NCBI GenBank assembly: GCA_965204755.1
Contig: OZ242011.1
Coordinates: forward strand, 2,016,001-2,080,000
Reading direction: 5' to 3'
Origin: Candidatus Marinacidobacterium sp.
GTDB taxonomy: Bacteria; Acidobacteriota; Vicinamibacteria; Marinacidobacterales; Marinacidobacteraceae
Length of the DNA: 64,000 bases
Shown here: positions 49,165 through 57,847 of the stretch, one piece after another
How positions within the stretch are numbered: the first letter of the stretch is position 1
Layout of the letters: every line of letters begins with the position of its first letter
The notes under the pieces: model-generated
What the model saw: the letters and a program-made list of their open reading frames with translations, nothing else
Databases searched by the model: none
Told to the model about the DNA's origin: nothing
Translations under genes and position numbers: made by a program

Positions 49165-49953
49165 CTACAGTTGGTCGATGGCTCGTCGAGCCGTTTCCCT
49201 CTTCACTTCGGGATCGGGGACTTGGCGATACTCGAACCCTCGCACCCTTTTCCCTTGCTGACGATTCTGGCGGGGTTCCACCGCTTCGATCAGTATCGCC
49301 TCGACGATCTCGATCAGGAACTCCATGTCGAGTCGACGGGGAAGGCTGCCGACTTTCGGGCCCAGCGTTCCGTCCCTGTGCACGGGCCGAAAACCGAACC
49401 ACGAGAATCGGCCCCACCGTCCCTGCAGGCGATCCCTGGTGTGATCGAAGAGCCGTTTGCCGAGATCGCCGGTTGTGGTGCACCCGACATAGATGACCTC
49501 GCGACCATCGTGAAGCAGGTACACACCGTGTTGTTCCGAGAAGTCCACCTGCTGCGGCTCGGACTTCGAAACGCCGTCGGTTTGAAAGACGCCGAGCAGC
49601 GCCGGGTGAGTCTTCCAGACCACATCCTCTCGGTTCCAGTGCACGCCGTACGAAGTGAGGATCCGTGGGTTTTCTTCCTCCTCGATCGGCGGCTCCGCCT
49701 TCCGTCCGGAAATGTCCGAGCCGGATCGCCGGAGCCGATAAGTGCCGCGCTCGACTCGTTCATACGGTGAATCGGCGCCCTTGTTCTTGATCGAGTCCGC
49801 GAGAACGGCAGCCACCGTAGCGGGTGGAGTGGCGCCGACTCTCTTGCGAAGACCCTGTTCGACGATACGGTTCGCGATCTCCGTGTAGTGCAGCGGGCCG
49901 TCGTTGGCCTGCAGCACCCGATCGATGGCGTCCCGCCACGGCATGTCAGTCAT
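49165..49953 (-). CDS. HARE-HTH (HB1/ASXL/restriction-endonuclease HTH) + GIY-YIG protein
   Basis: PLHYTEIANRIVEQGL...TPPATV..L, GVYLLH..VIYVG, RL.DH, EAILI..EP.QN. Confidence 0.82.
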   Translation of the reverse strand: MTDMPWRDAIDRVLQANDGPLHYTEIANRIVEQGLRKRVGATPPATVAAVLADSIKNKGADSPYERVERGTYRLRRSGSDISGRKAEPPIEEEENPRILTSYGVHWNREDVVWKTHPALLGVFQTDGVSKSEPQQVDFSEQHGVYLLHDGREVIYVGCTTTGDLGKRLFDHTRDRLQGRWGRFSWFGFRPVHRDGTLGPKVGSLPRRLDMEFLIEIVEAILIEAVEPRQNRQQGKRVRGFEYRQVPDPEVKRETARRAIDQL

Positions 49954-50001
49954 GGTTACTGGCTCCTGTTGTGGATGATCTTGACCGATGCGGTCGTCCC
50001 G

Positions 50002-51948
50002 TCAACCGGCGCGGGCGCGGCGGAGGGGGATTTGGACGAGGATCCAGCCCAGGGCGGCGAAGACCAGGAAGCCCGGGACGCCCGAAGGCATGGCCACGAG
50101 GGACGGCAACTGGTAGTTCAGCACGGCGAAGCCGGACAGGCCCACGCCCATCAGCGCCTCGCCGGCGATCAGGCCCGACGCGATCAGCGTTCCGGCGCTT
50201 TCGCCCAGCGTCCGCCTCTCCGGCGGGAGCGACGCCATCCGGCGGTCGGAGAGCCAGCGGAGGCCGCCGCCGACGAAGATGGCGAAAGTCGTCTGCAACG
50301 GCAGGTACATCCCCACCGCGATCAGCATCGGCGACGGCGCCTGGATCAGGATGAGGAACAGGCACAGCGCGATCCCGAACACCACCAGCGGCCAGCGCAT
50401 CTCGCCGCCCACGATTCCCTGCGAGAGGAGCGCCATCAACCCGGCCTGCGGGGCCGGCAACTCTTCTCCGCCGACGCCGACGCCGCCGGCGGCGATGTCC
50501 CCGCGATGCAGCAGCATCATCGGCAGCACCAGGAACAGCGAAGCGAACGCGACGCCGATGATTTCCGCCCATTCCATGCGGAACGGCGTCCCGCCGAGGA
50601 TCTGCCCGACCTTCAGGTCCTGCAGCATGTCCCCGGCGACGGCGCAGGCGCAGCAGACCACCGCCGCCACGCCGAGCACCGCCGCGACGCCCTCGGTCCC
50701 GGTAACGCCGAGGAAAGTCATCAGCAGCGCCGCGAGCAGCAGCGTCGAGATCGTCAGGCCGGACACCGGGTTCGACGAACTGCCGATGATGCCGACCAGG
50801 TAACCCGCGACCGCGGAGAAGAAGAACCCGGCGATGATCATCACGATCGCCGAGCCGAGCGCGCCGAGCGGTTGGCCGGTGTAGTAGTTGTAGAGGAAGA
50901 AGGTGGGTATGACCAGCGCGGCGACTCCCGCCGCGGTCCAACTGAACGGGATGTCGCGGTCGGACTCTTCGGCGGCGGCCGCGTGCGAACCGCGCAACTC
51001 CGCGACCGAGCGGCGCAACCCCTCCGCGAGCGGTTTGCGCATCCGGAGGAGCGTCCAGACCGCGCCGGCGATCATCGCGCCCACCGCGATCGGCCGCACC
51101 AGTTCCGCCCATACCACGCCGCTCACCGCGCTCCAGTCCGCGCCCGACGCGGCCATCCGGCCGGTATCGGCGAACTCCGGGTTGAAGAAGAGGACCGCCG
51201 GGATCATGAACCACCACGCGAAGACGCCGCCGGAGAAACAGATCGCCGACAGCCGGAACCCGATGATGTATCCCACTCCCAGGTACGCCGGCGACGCCGC
51301 CGGGGTCGAGAACGGGAGGATGCCCGGTTGCGCCGCCGCGCCGAACGAAGTGGAGCCGACCGCGAGCGTTCCCCGGAACGAGCCGTAGCCGAACGCGCCG
51401 GCGATGCGGTCGGTGAACAACTGGATGCCCTTCGAGTTCTTCAGCAGTTCGATGAGCGCGCCCACCCCCATCATCTGGAACAGCAGCCGTCCGCCGCTCG
51501 CGCCCTTGCCGGCGCGGTGGATCTCCGCCGCGGCGACGGACTCCGGGAACGGCAACTCCGGATCGCCCACCATGCTCCGGCGCAGGATCACGACGAACAG
51601 GATCCCGAGCAGCCCGCCCACCAGCATCAGCAGCGTGCTCTCTAGGTAGTGGAACTCCTCCCAGGCGCCGGCCATGAGGAACGCCGGCAGGGTGAAGATC
51701 GCGCCGGCGGCGAGCGCTTCACCCACCGAAGCGGTCGTCCGGGCGATGTTCTCTTCGAGCAGACTGCCGCGGAAGAGGCCGCGGATCACCACCATCGAGA
51801 CGACCGCGGCGGGGAAGGTGGCCGCGACAGTCTGCCCGGCGCGGATGCCGAGGTACGCGTTCGCCGCGCCCAGCACCACCGCCATCAACAGGCCGAGCAG
51901 CAGCGCGCGCGCCGTGAACTCGCGCGCCGGGCCGGAAGAATTCGCCAT
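50002..51948 (-). CDS. OPT family oligopeptide transporter
   Basis: EFTARA, ANAYLG, LPFPE, SSNPVSG, QDLKVG, LPAPQA, ASGLIAGE. Confidence 0.93.
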   Translation of the reverse strand: MANSSGPAREFTARALLLGLLMAVVLGAANAYLGIRAGQTVAATFPAAVVSMVVIRGLFRGSLLEENIARTTASVGEALAAGAIFTLPAFLMAGAWEEFHYLESTLLMLVGGLLGILFVVILRRSMVGDPELPFPESVAAAEIHRAGKGASGGRLLFQMMGVGALIELLKNSKGIQLFTDRIAGAFGYGSFRGTLAVGSTSFGAAAQPGILPFSTPAASPAYLGVGYIIGFRLSAICFSGGVFAWWFMIPAVLFFNPEFADTGRMAASGADWSAVSGVVWAELVRPIAVGAMIAGAVWTLLRMRKPLAEGLRRSVAELRGSHAAAAEESDRDIPFSWTAAGVAALVIPTFFLYNYYTGQPLGALGSAIVMIIAGFFFSAVAGYLVGIIGSSSNPVSGLTISTLLLAALLMTFLGVTGTEGVAAVLGVAAVVCCACAVAGDMLQDLKVGQILGGTPFRMEWAEIIGVAFASLFLVLPMMLLHRGDIAAGGVGVGGEELPAPQAGLMALLSQGIVGGEMRWPLVVFGIALCLFLILIQAPSPMLIAVGMYLPLQTTFAIFVGGGLRWLSDRRMASLPPERRTLGESAGTLIASGLIAGEALMGVGLSGFAVLNYQLPSLVAMPSGVPGFLVFAALGWILVQIPLRRARAG

Positions 51949-52078
51949 GGAAACGCTCCTTCGGGAGGAATCCGGCGCGTTATATCAAGACGGGCGCGGC
52001 GCGGCTTCCGGTCGAGGCGCCGCGCGGCCGGCGGTCGGGCGCCGCGCTCCCGCGGTACGGTTCCGTCCGAATCGCCCC

Positions 52079-52777
52079 ATGTGCGCCCGGTTCATGCAGG
52101 AACTCCAGCGGCAGGCGGTCCGCGACCTGTACCGGGTCGCCGCGGAAGACGACCCGCCGCCGCTCCTGCCCCGCTTCAACGGCGCGCCGACCCAGGACTT
52201 CGCGGTCTGCCGGAACGCGGCCACCGCCGCCGGCGCCGCCCGTAAGCCCCGCCGGGAGATCGCCCGCCTGCGCTGGGGGATGGGCCGGGCGCCCGGCCGC
52301 GGCTCACCGCTCATCAACGCCCGGGCCGAGTCCGTCCACCGCCGGGAGGCCTTCGCCGACGCCTTCCGCAGCCGCCGGTGCCTCGTCCCGGCGAACGGCT
52401 GGTTCGAGTGGATCCGCGCCGGACGGCAGCGCCTCCCCTACTTCATGGCCCCGGAGGACGGCGGCGTCCTCTCGTTCGCCGGCGTTTGGGAGTCGGCGCC
52501 GGGCGCGCCCTCCGAATCCTTCGCCGTCCTCACCACCGCCGCCCTTCCCGAACTGCAACGGATCCACGACCGCCAACCCGCGATCGTGCCCCCCGCCGCG
52601 TTCGCCGACTGGCTCGATCCGGCGACTCCCGAAACCCGCCTGCTGGAAATCGCACGGGAACCGCCGACCGGCCCCTACGAAGTCCGTCCGGTGAGCGTCC
52701 GCGTCAACTCGGTCGCCAACGACGACCCCGACCTCCTGAAACCGCGCCCGGAACTCTTCGCGCCCCCCGCCGGCTGA
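52079..52777 (+). CDS. SOS response-associated peptidase (SRAP/YedK/HMCES)
   Basis: N-terminal MC, INARAE, RRCLVPANGWFEW, IHDRQP, VNSVAND. Confidence 0.92.
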   Translation: MCARFMQELQRQAVRDLYRVAAEDDPPPLLPRFNGAPTQDFAVCRNAATAAGAARKPRREIARLRWGMGRAPGRGSPLINARAESVHRREAFADAFRSRRCLVPANGWFEWIRAGRQRLPYFMAPEDGGVLSFAGVWESAPGAPSESFAVLTTAALPELQRIHDRQPAIVPPAAFADWLDPATPETRLLEIAREPPTGPYEVRPVSVRVNSVANDDPDLLKPRPELFAPPAG

Positions 52778-52799
52778 ACGCCGACGCGCCCGCGCCGCC

Positions 52800-53867
52800 T
52801 CAGCGGTAACGCCGCGACCGGCGCGGCCCGCTCTCGCCCAGCCGGAGTTCCGTGTTCGCCGTCAACTCCGGCCCCGACGCCTCCCCCCGCCGCAGCGACA
52901 GCCAACCGGCCGCCGCGATCATCGCCGCGTTGTCCGTCGAAAGCGCCACCGACGGATAGAACACCGGCAGCCCCCGCTCCTCCCCCAACTCGCGGAACCG
53001 CTTCCGCAACGCCGAATTCGCCGCCACTCCCCCCGAAAGCAGCACCGACCGCGCCGGGAACTCGCCGAGCGCCCGCTCCACCGACCGGGAGAGCGCCCGC
53101 ACCACCGCCGCCTGGAACGACGCCGCCAGGTCGCGGATCTCGGCGCGCGCCGCCGGGTCCTCCCCCTCCGCCACGGCAGCGATTCCTTCGCTCTCGATGA
53201 ACCGCAGCACCTGCGTCTTCAACCCGGAGAAACTGAAGTCCCACTGCGCCCCGTCCGAAAACACCGGCAGCGAAAACCGCCGCGACGCCGGGTCGCCCGC
53301 CGCCGCCAGCCGGTCGAGCACCGGCCCGCCGGGGTAACCGAGCCCGAGCCGTTTGGCCAACTTGTCGTAGGCCTCCCCGGCGGCGTCGTCCCGCGTCTTC
53401 CCCAGCAGCCGGTATTCGCCGTCGCCTTCGACGAGGAACAGGTTGGTATGCCCGCCGGACACCACCAGCGCGATCGCCGGATGGGACGGCGCCGGCTCGC
53501 ATTCCAGGTAACAGGCGCGGATGTGGCCCTCGATGTGGTCCACCCCGACCACCGGGATGCCCCGGGCGAAGGCGAACGCCTTGGCGAAGCACACCCCGGA
53601 CAGCAGCGCCCCCACCAACCCCGGCCCTTCGGTAACCGCCACGCCCTCGATGTCCGCCGCGGTCACCCCGGCGTCGGCGAGCGCCTGCGTAACCACCGGC
53701 GTCAGGTTCGTCAGGTGCTGGCGCGAAGCGATCTCCGGGACGACGCCGCCGTAGGGGGCGTGCGCCGCCGCCTGCGAACTCACCACATTCGACCGGATGC
53801 GGACGCCGTCCTCGACCACCGCCGCCGAGGTTTCGTCGCACGAAGTCTCGATTCCCAGGATCAGCAC
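52800..53867 (-). CDS. tsaD: tRNA N6-threonylcarbamoyladenosine synthase TsaD
   Basis: LGIETSCDETS, GGVVPE, HIEGH, VSGGHT, DDAAGEAYDK, DNAAMIA. Confidence 0.96.
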   Translation of the reverse strand: MLILGIETSCDETSAAVVEDGVRIRSNVVSSQAAAHAPYGGVVPEIASRQHLTNLTPVVTQALADAGVTAADIEGVAVTEGPGLVGALLSGVCFAKAFAFARGIPVVGVDHIEGHIRACYLECEPAPSHPAIALVVSGGHTNLFLVEGDGEYRLLGKTRDDAAGEAYDKLAKRLGLGYPGGPVLDRLAAAGDPASRRFSLPVFSDGAQWDFSFSGLKTQVLRFIESEGIAAVAEGEDPAARAEIRDLAASFQAAVVRALSRSVERALGEFPARSVLLSGGVAANSALRKRFRELGEERGLPVFYPSVALSTDNAAMIAAAGWLSLRRGEASGPELTANTELRLGESGPRRSRRYR

Positions 53868-54607
53868 GGCGGTGAGCCCCCCGGCGGCGGCGGCTCGGCG
53901 GGACCGGCCCCGTCCTCTTCCGAAACCCCTTCGGCGTTGAACTCCCAGGCGATCGGTTTCCGGCACTTCGCGCAGTGGGCGTATCGCAACCGGCGCGAGA
54001 GCCGGTGCCGCGTCCACCGCCGGTCGCACCCGCACGCGCCGACCCACTTCGGCCGGGTGTGCTCGGTGTCGTGGCAGGCCTCCGGGCCGGCGCCGATCCG
54101 CACCGCGGTCCGCTTCCATACCTCGTCGTGGCCGTGGTCGATGCCGACGATGGCGTGCGCGATCTCGTGGAGGATGGTCTTCTCGACCGCCTCCCGCCCG
54201 GCGCGCAGGCAGTAACTCACCGAGATCTCGATCCGGCGCTCCGAGGGGCGGCACACCCCGGCGCGCACCTTCGCCAGGTCGAAGCCGAACTCCCAGCCCG
54301 GCGCCAACTCGCCCGAAGCGGTGTGGCGGCGCAGGAATTCCCGCCCTGCGCGGTCGGCCTCCTCGAGCGAACAGCGCGGCGGCGGCGCGCCGGGGGCCCG
54401 CTGCAGCAGTGAGTAGGGCACGCTCCACGCCTGCCCCTCCCGGTCGGCGACCGAAGCGCCGCGCAGCGCGAGCGAAGTCACCTTCGCGGCGCGGCGGACC
54501 CCGCGGTGCTCGAACGAGACCGGGCAGCCGACCGGGAACGCCCCGCCGGGGAAGTCGGGGCCGATCAGGTACCGCGTCGGTAGGCGCGGAACGCCCGGCG
54601 GGAGCAT
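53861..54607 (-). CDS. SprT-like zinc metalloprotease
   Basis: RAGVC, TILHEIAHA..GH..VW, C-terminal CGC...CAKC. Confidence 0.85.
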   Translation of the reverse strand: MLPPGVPRLPTRYLIGPDFPGGAFPVGCPVSFEHRGVRRAAKVTSLALRGASVADREGQAWSVPYSLLQRAPGAPPPRCSLEEADRAGREFLRRHTASGELAPGWEFGFDLAKVRAGVCRPSERRIEISVSYCLRAGREAVEKTILHEIAHAIVGIDHGHDEVWKRTAVRIGAGPEACHDTEHTRPKWVGACGCDRRWTRHRLSRRLRYAHCAKCRKPIAWEFNAEGVSEEDGAGPAEPPPPGGSPPC

Positions 54608-54638
54608 CCGGCGGGGGAGCGTACGCGCTCGGGCCGCG

Positions 54639-55715
54639 TCACCCGGCGAGCGCGGCGAGCGACTCGCGGTACGGCGGCCGCGCGATGCCGCGCTCGGTAA
54701 CGATGGCGGAGATGAGCCGCGCCGGCGTCACATCGAACGCCGGGTTCCAGGCGGCGGCGCCCGGCGGCGCGACCCGCTTTCCGGAGAGTTCGGTTACCTC
54801 GGAGGCGGCGCGTTCCTCGATGGGGATGCCGGCGCCGTCGGCGGTGGCGAGGTCCACCGTGGAAAACGGCGCCGCGACCCAGAAGGGGACGCCGTGCTCG
54901 CGGGCGAGCACCGCCGCCTGGTAGGTGCCGATCTTGTTCGCGGTGTCCCCGTTCGCGGCGATCCGGTCGGCGCCGACCACGACCGCGTCCACCCGCTCCC
55001 GCGCGAGCAGCGCCCCCACCGTCCCGTCGGTGATCAGCGTCACCGGGATGCCCGCGGCGAGGAGTTCCCACGCGGTGAGCCGGGCGCCCTGCAGCCGGGG
55101 GCGGGTCTCGCAGGCGAAGACTTCCACCCGCCGGCCGGACTCCGCCGCCGACCGGACGATGCCGAGGGCGGTCCCGTAGCCGCCGGTGGCGAGCGAGCCG
55201 GTGTTGCAGTGGGTGAGGAAGCGCGTCGGGGCGGGGGCGGCGGGGAGGAGCGACCGGCCGAGTTCGCCGATCCGCCGGTTGGCGGCCACATCCTCCGCGG
55301 CGATGGCGTCCGCTTCCGCCAGCAGCGCGCGGGCGGCCCGCTCCGCGAGACCGGCAGGGTTACCGGCGGCGAGCGTCCCGGACAGTCGGCCCCGCTGGCG
55401 TTCGATGGCGGCGGCGAGGTTCACCGCGGTCGGCCGCGCGGCGAGGAGCAGCCGGGCCGCGTCCTCGAACCGCTCCCGGATTTCGCCGGCGTCACCGGCG
55501 CCGCCGGCGGGCGGCCGGGCCAGCGCGAGGGCGACGCCGTACGCGGCGGCGATCCCGATGGCCGGGGCGCCGCGGACGGCCATCTCCCGAATCGCCTCCG
55601 CCGCGGAGGCCGGGTCGGGACACTCGATCCACCGCTCTTCCTCCGGAAGTTTCCGCTGGTCGAGCAGCCGGAGGGTCGGCCCCTCCGGGTCGAAGCGGAT
55701 CGGCGAGTCGAGCAT
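54639..55715 (-). CDS. mtnA: Methylthioribose-1-phosphate isomerase
   Basis: LLDQRKLP, VRGAPAIG, RPTAVNL, THCNTGSLAT, ETRP.LQG, GADRI, NKIGTY, NPAFDVTP. Confidence 0.95.
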   Translation of the reverse strand: MLDSPIRFDPEGPTLRLLDQRKLPEEERWIECPDPASAAEAIREMAVRGAPAIGIAAAYGVALALARPPAGGAGDAGEIRERFEDAARLLLAARPTAVNLAAAIERQRGRLSGTLAAGNPAGLAERAARALLAEADAIAAEDVAANRRIGELGRSLLPAAPAPTRFLTHCNTGSLATGGYGTALGIVRSAAESGRRVEVFACETRPRLQGARLTAWELLAAGIPVTLITDGTVGALLARERVDAVVVGADRIAANGDTANKIGTYQAAVLAREHGVPFWVAAPFSTVDLATADGAGIPIEERAASEVTELSGKRVAPPGAAAWNPAFDVTPARLISAIVTERGIARPPYRESLAALAG

Positions 55716-55865
55716 CGGCGAGCAATGGGGGCTGCCCCGGCGGGACGCCGGCCCGGCTCGGGGGCGGGCGCCCGCCGCCGCGCCGGCGTGAGACATTTCT
55801 CACGGCCGGCGGACGACCCGGAGCGGCGCCGCGTCGGCGCCCGGCCCCGGGCCGGGGTCAGTCCG

Positions 55866-56189
55866 TCAGATGTTCCAGCGGACGAAGAAGACGATGAGCG
55901 CGGTTACGAAGGCGTAGATGACCAGCGACTCGATCAGCACCAGCCCGAGGAGCAGCGCGAACCGGATCTGGTCGGAGGCGCCGGGGTTCCGGGCCAGGCC
56001 TTCGCAGGCGCCGACCACCGCCTTGCTCTGGGCGATCGCGCCGGCGGCGGCCGCGAGCGCGATCACGCCGGTGGCGGAGATGAGCGCCCACTTGGTGACC
56101 ATCGGGTCCCAGGTTCCCTGGGCGAAGACCGGAGCGGCGAAGACGACGGCGAGGACGGTGAAAAGAGCCGTCCGCAGTTTGGTGGACAA
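55866..56189 (-). CDS. atpE: ATP synthase Fo subunit c with N-terminal extension
   Basis: ARNP loop, catalytic E in IESLVIY. Confidence 0.93.
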   Translation of the reverse strand: MSTKLRTALFTVLAVVFAAPVFAQGTWDPMVTKWALISATGVIALAAAAGAIAQSKAVVGACEGLARNPGASDQIRFALLLGLVLIESLVIYAFVTALIVFFVRWNI

Positions 56190-56262
56190 TTTCTGTTGCT
56201 CTCCTTGAAGAGGGGATGGAGTCGGGGGAATCGGGGAAATCGGGGAACGGCGGTTCCGGGCG

Positions 56263-56952
56263 TCAGTGTTCGTCCGCGGTAACCGCGCCGCCGAGGTAGA
56301 TGACGGTGAGCATGGTGAAGACGAACGCCTGCAGGAAACTGCCGAAGACGCCGAAGGCCATCATCGGCACCGGAATCACCAGCGGCACCAGGAAGGCGAG
56401 GACCACGACGACGAGTTCCTCGCCGAAGATGTTGCCGAAGAGCCGCATCGAAAGCGAGAGGATGCGGCTCAGGTGGCTGATGATTTCGATCGGCAGCATC
56501 ACGATCGCCAGGTACGGACTCGGCCCGAGGAAGTGCGCGAAGTACTTCTTCGCGCCGTGCTCGCGGATGCCCTGGTAGTTGTAGTAGGCGAACGCGACCA
56601 GCGCGCAGCCCACCGGCATGTTCACATTCACCGTGGGCGACGAGAAGAAGGGAATGAGTCCCAGCAGGTTCCCCACCAGGATGAACAGCCCGATGGTGCC
56701 CACCATTCCCAGGAACGGGCGGCCCTTCGCGCCCACATTGTCCCGGAGCAGCGAGAGGAGCCCGCCGATCAGCCCTTCGAGGACGAGTTGCAATTTGCCC
56801 GGGTTCTCGAGCGAGATGCGCCGCCGGAAGAAGAACGCGAAACCGGACAGGAACACCGCCGCGAACACCGCCATCACGATGTGGTCCGGCGGGTGTACGT
56901 GGAATACCGCCTCGATCCAGTGCGTCAGCGCTGACGAGTGGGTGATTTCCAT
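56263..56952 (-). CDS. atpB: ATP synthase Fo subunit a
   Basis: NLLGLIP, SLSMRLFGN, LQAFVFTML..YL. Confidence 0.95.
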   Translation of the reverse strand: MEITHSSALTHWIEAVFHVHPPDHIVMAVFAAVFLSGFAFFFRRRISLENPGKLQLVLEGLIGGLLSLLRDNVGAKGRPFLGMVGTIGLFILVGNLLGLIPFFSSPTVNVNMPVGCALVAFAYYNYQGIREHGAKKYFAHFLGPSPYLAIVMLPIEIISHLSRILSLSMRLFGNIFGEELVVVVLAFLVPLVIPVPMMAFGVFGSFLQAFVFTMLTVIYLGGAVTADEH

Positions 56953-56994
56953 GGTGGTTGCCGCGAGGCGGGAGGGGGGAGCCGGGGCGTCCGG

Positions 56995-57537
56995 CTAACT
57001 CTGCGGGGGCCGGGTTTCCGACTCGGAGGGAGGCGGCCCGGAAGGAGGCGGCCCGGAGGAAGACGGAGGGGGCTGCCGGGTGGAGGGCGCGGCGCGAAAC
57101 GCCCCGAAACCCTCGGTTCCCACCTCCGGGAGGATGGCCAGCAGCGGCGCACCCAGTCCGCACACCACGCCGATCGGGTCGGCGTTCCAAGCGCCAATTA
57201 TGGCGAACAGGACGGCGCCGAGCAAGATGTAGCGCAGCCCGGTGAACGCGGCTGCCCGCAGCGCGGCGCGGGCGGAGAGCGAGGCGGTGAACGACCGCGC
57301 CACCCGCCGGAGGAGGTGCATGTTGGCGGCGGAAACCGCCGCGCCGGCGAGGACGGAGAGACCGGGGCGGACGCCGAAGGCGGCGAAGCCGACCAGCGTG
57401 GCCGCGGCGCCGAGGGCGACGGCGCGCCGGAGCATCCGGGACTCGCGCTCCGGGAGCGGCATCCCCTTCGGCGGGGCGCCGCCGCCGGAGGCCGGCGCCG
57501 CCTGGGCCGGCGTTTCCTCGGTAACGGTCGGGTTCAC
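56995..57537 (-). CDS. atpI: ATP synthase subunit I-like protein
   Basis: Four TM segments directly upstream of atpB. Confidence 0.75.
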   Translation of the reverse strand: MNPTVTEETPAQAAPASGGGAPPKGMPLPERESRMLRRAVALGAAATLVGFAAFGVRPGLSVLAGAAVSAANMHLLRRVARSFTASLSARAALRAAAFTGLRYILLGAVLFAIIGAWNADPIGVVCGLGAPLLAILPEVGTEGFGAFRAAPSTRQPPPSSSGPPPSGPPPSESETRPPQS

Positions 57538-57752
57538 GGTCGGCGGGGAGTCGGGGCGGAATCACCCGGCGGGTCGGGTCGGTCGGGCTGCCGCCCGCCC
57601 CCGGGCGCGGCGGCGGAGGCGGCGCGCACCACATTGCGGATCCCGGCGGCGACGCCGAAGCCGAGGAACAGCAGCGAGAGCCACGGCAGCGTTCCCAGCG
57701 CCCGGTCGAGGAGGAACCCGACCGCCCCGCCGCCGACGACGGCGATCGGCAC
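57534..57752 (-). CDS. atpZ: AtpZ/AtpI family small membrane protein (start uncertain, ORF open to ~57851)
   Basis: GFLLDRALGT.PW..L.LGFG..AG. Confidence 0.8.
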   Translation of the reverse strand: MPIAVVGGGAVGFLLDRALGTLPWLSLLFLGFGVAAGIRNVVRAASAAAPGGGRQPDRPDPPGDSAPTPRRP

Positions 57753-57847
57753 CGAGAACCCGAGGCTCAGCAGCGTCAGCGTCCGGGCGCGGGGCGGAGC
57801 GCCGCCGGGCCCGGTTCCGGGCCCGGGGTCGGGCGCCGGCGGAACGC

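Noticed and set aside
39900-49960. Prophage or integrative element
   Set aside because: No integrase, transposase, phage structural genes or att repeats seen. Treated as an accessory hotspot.
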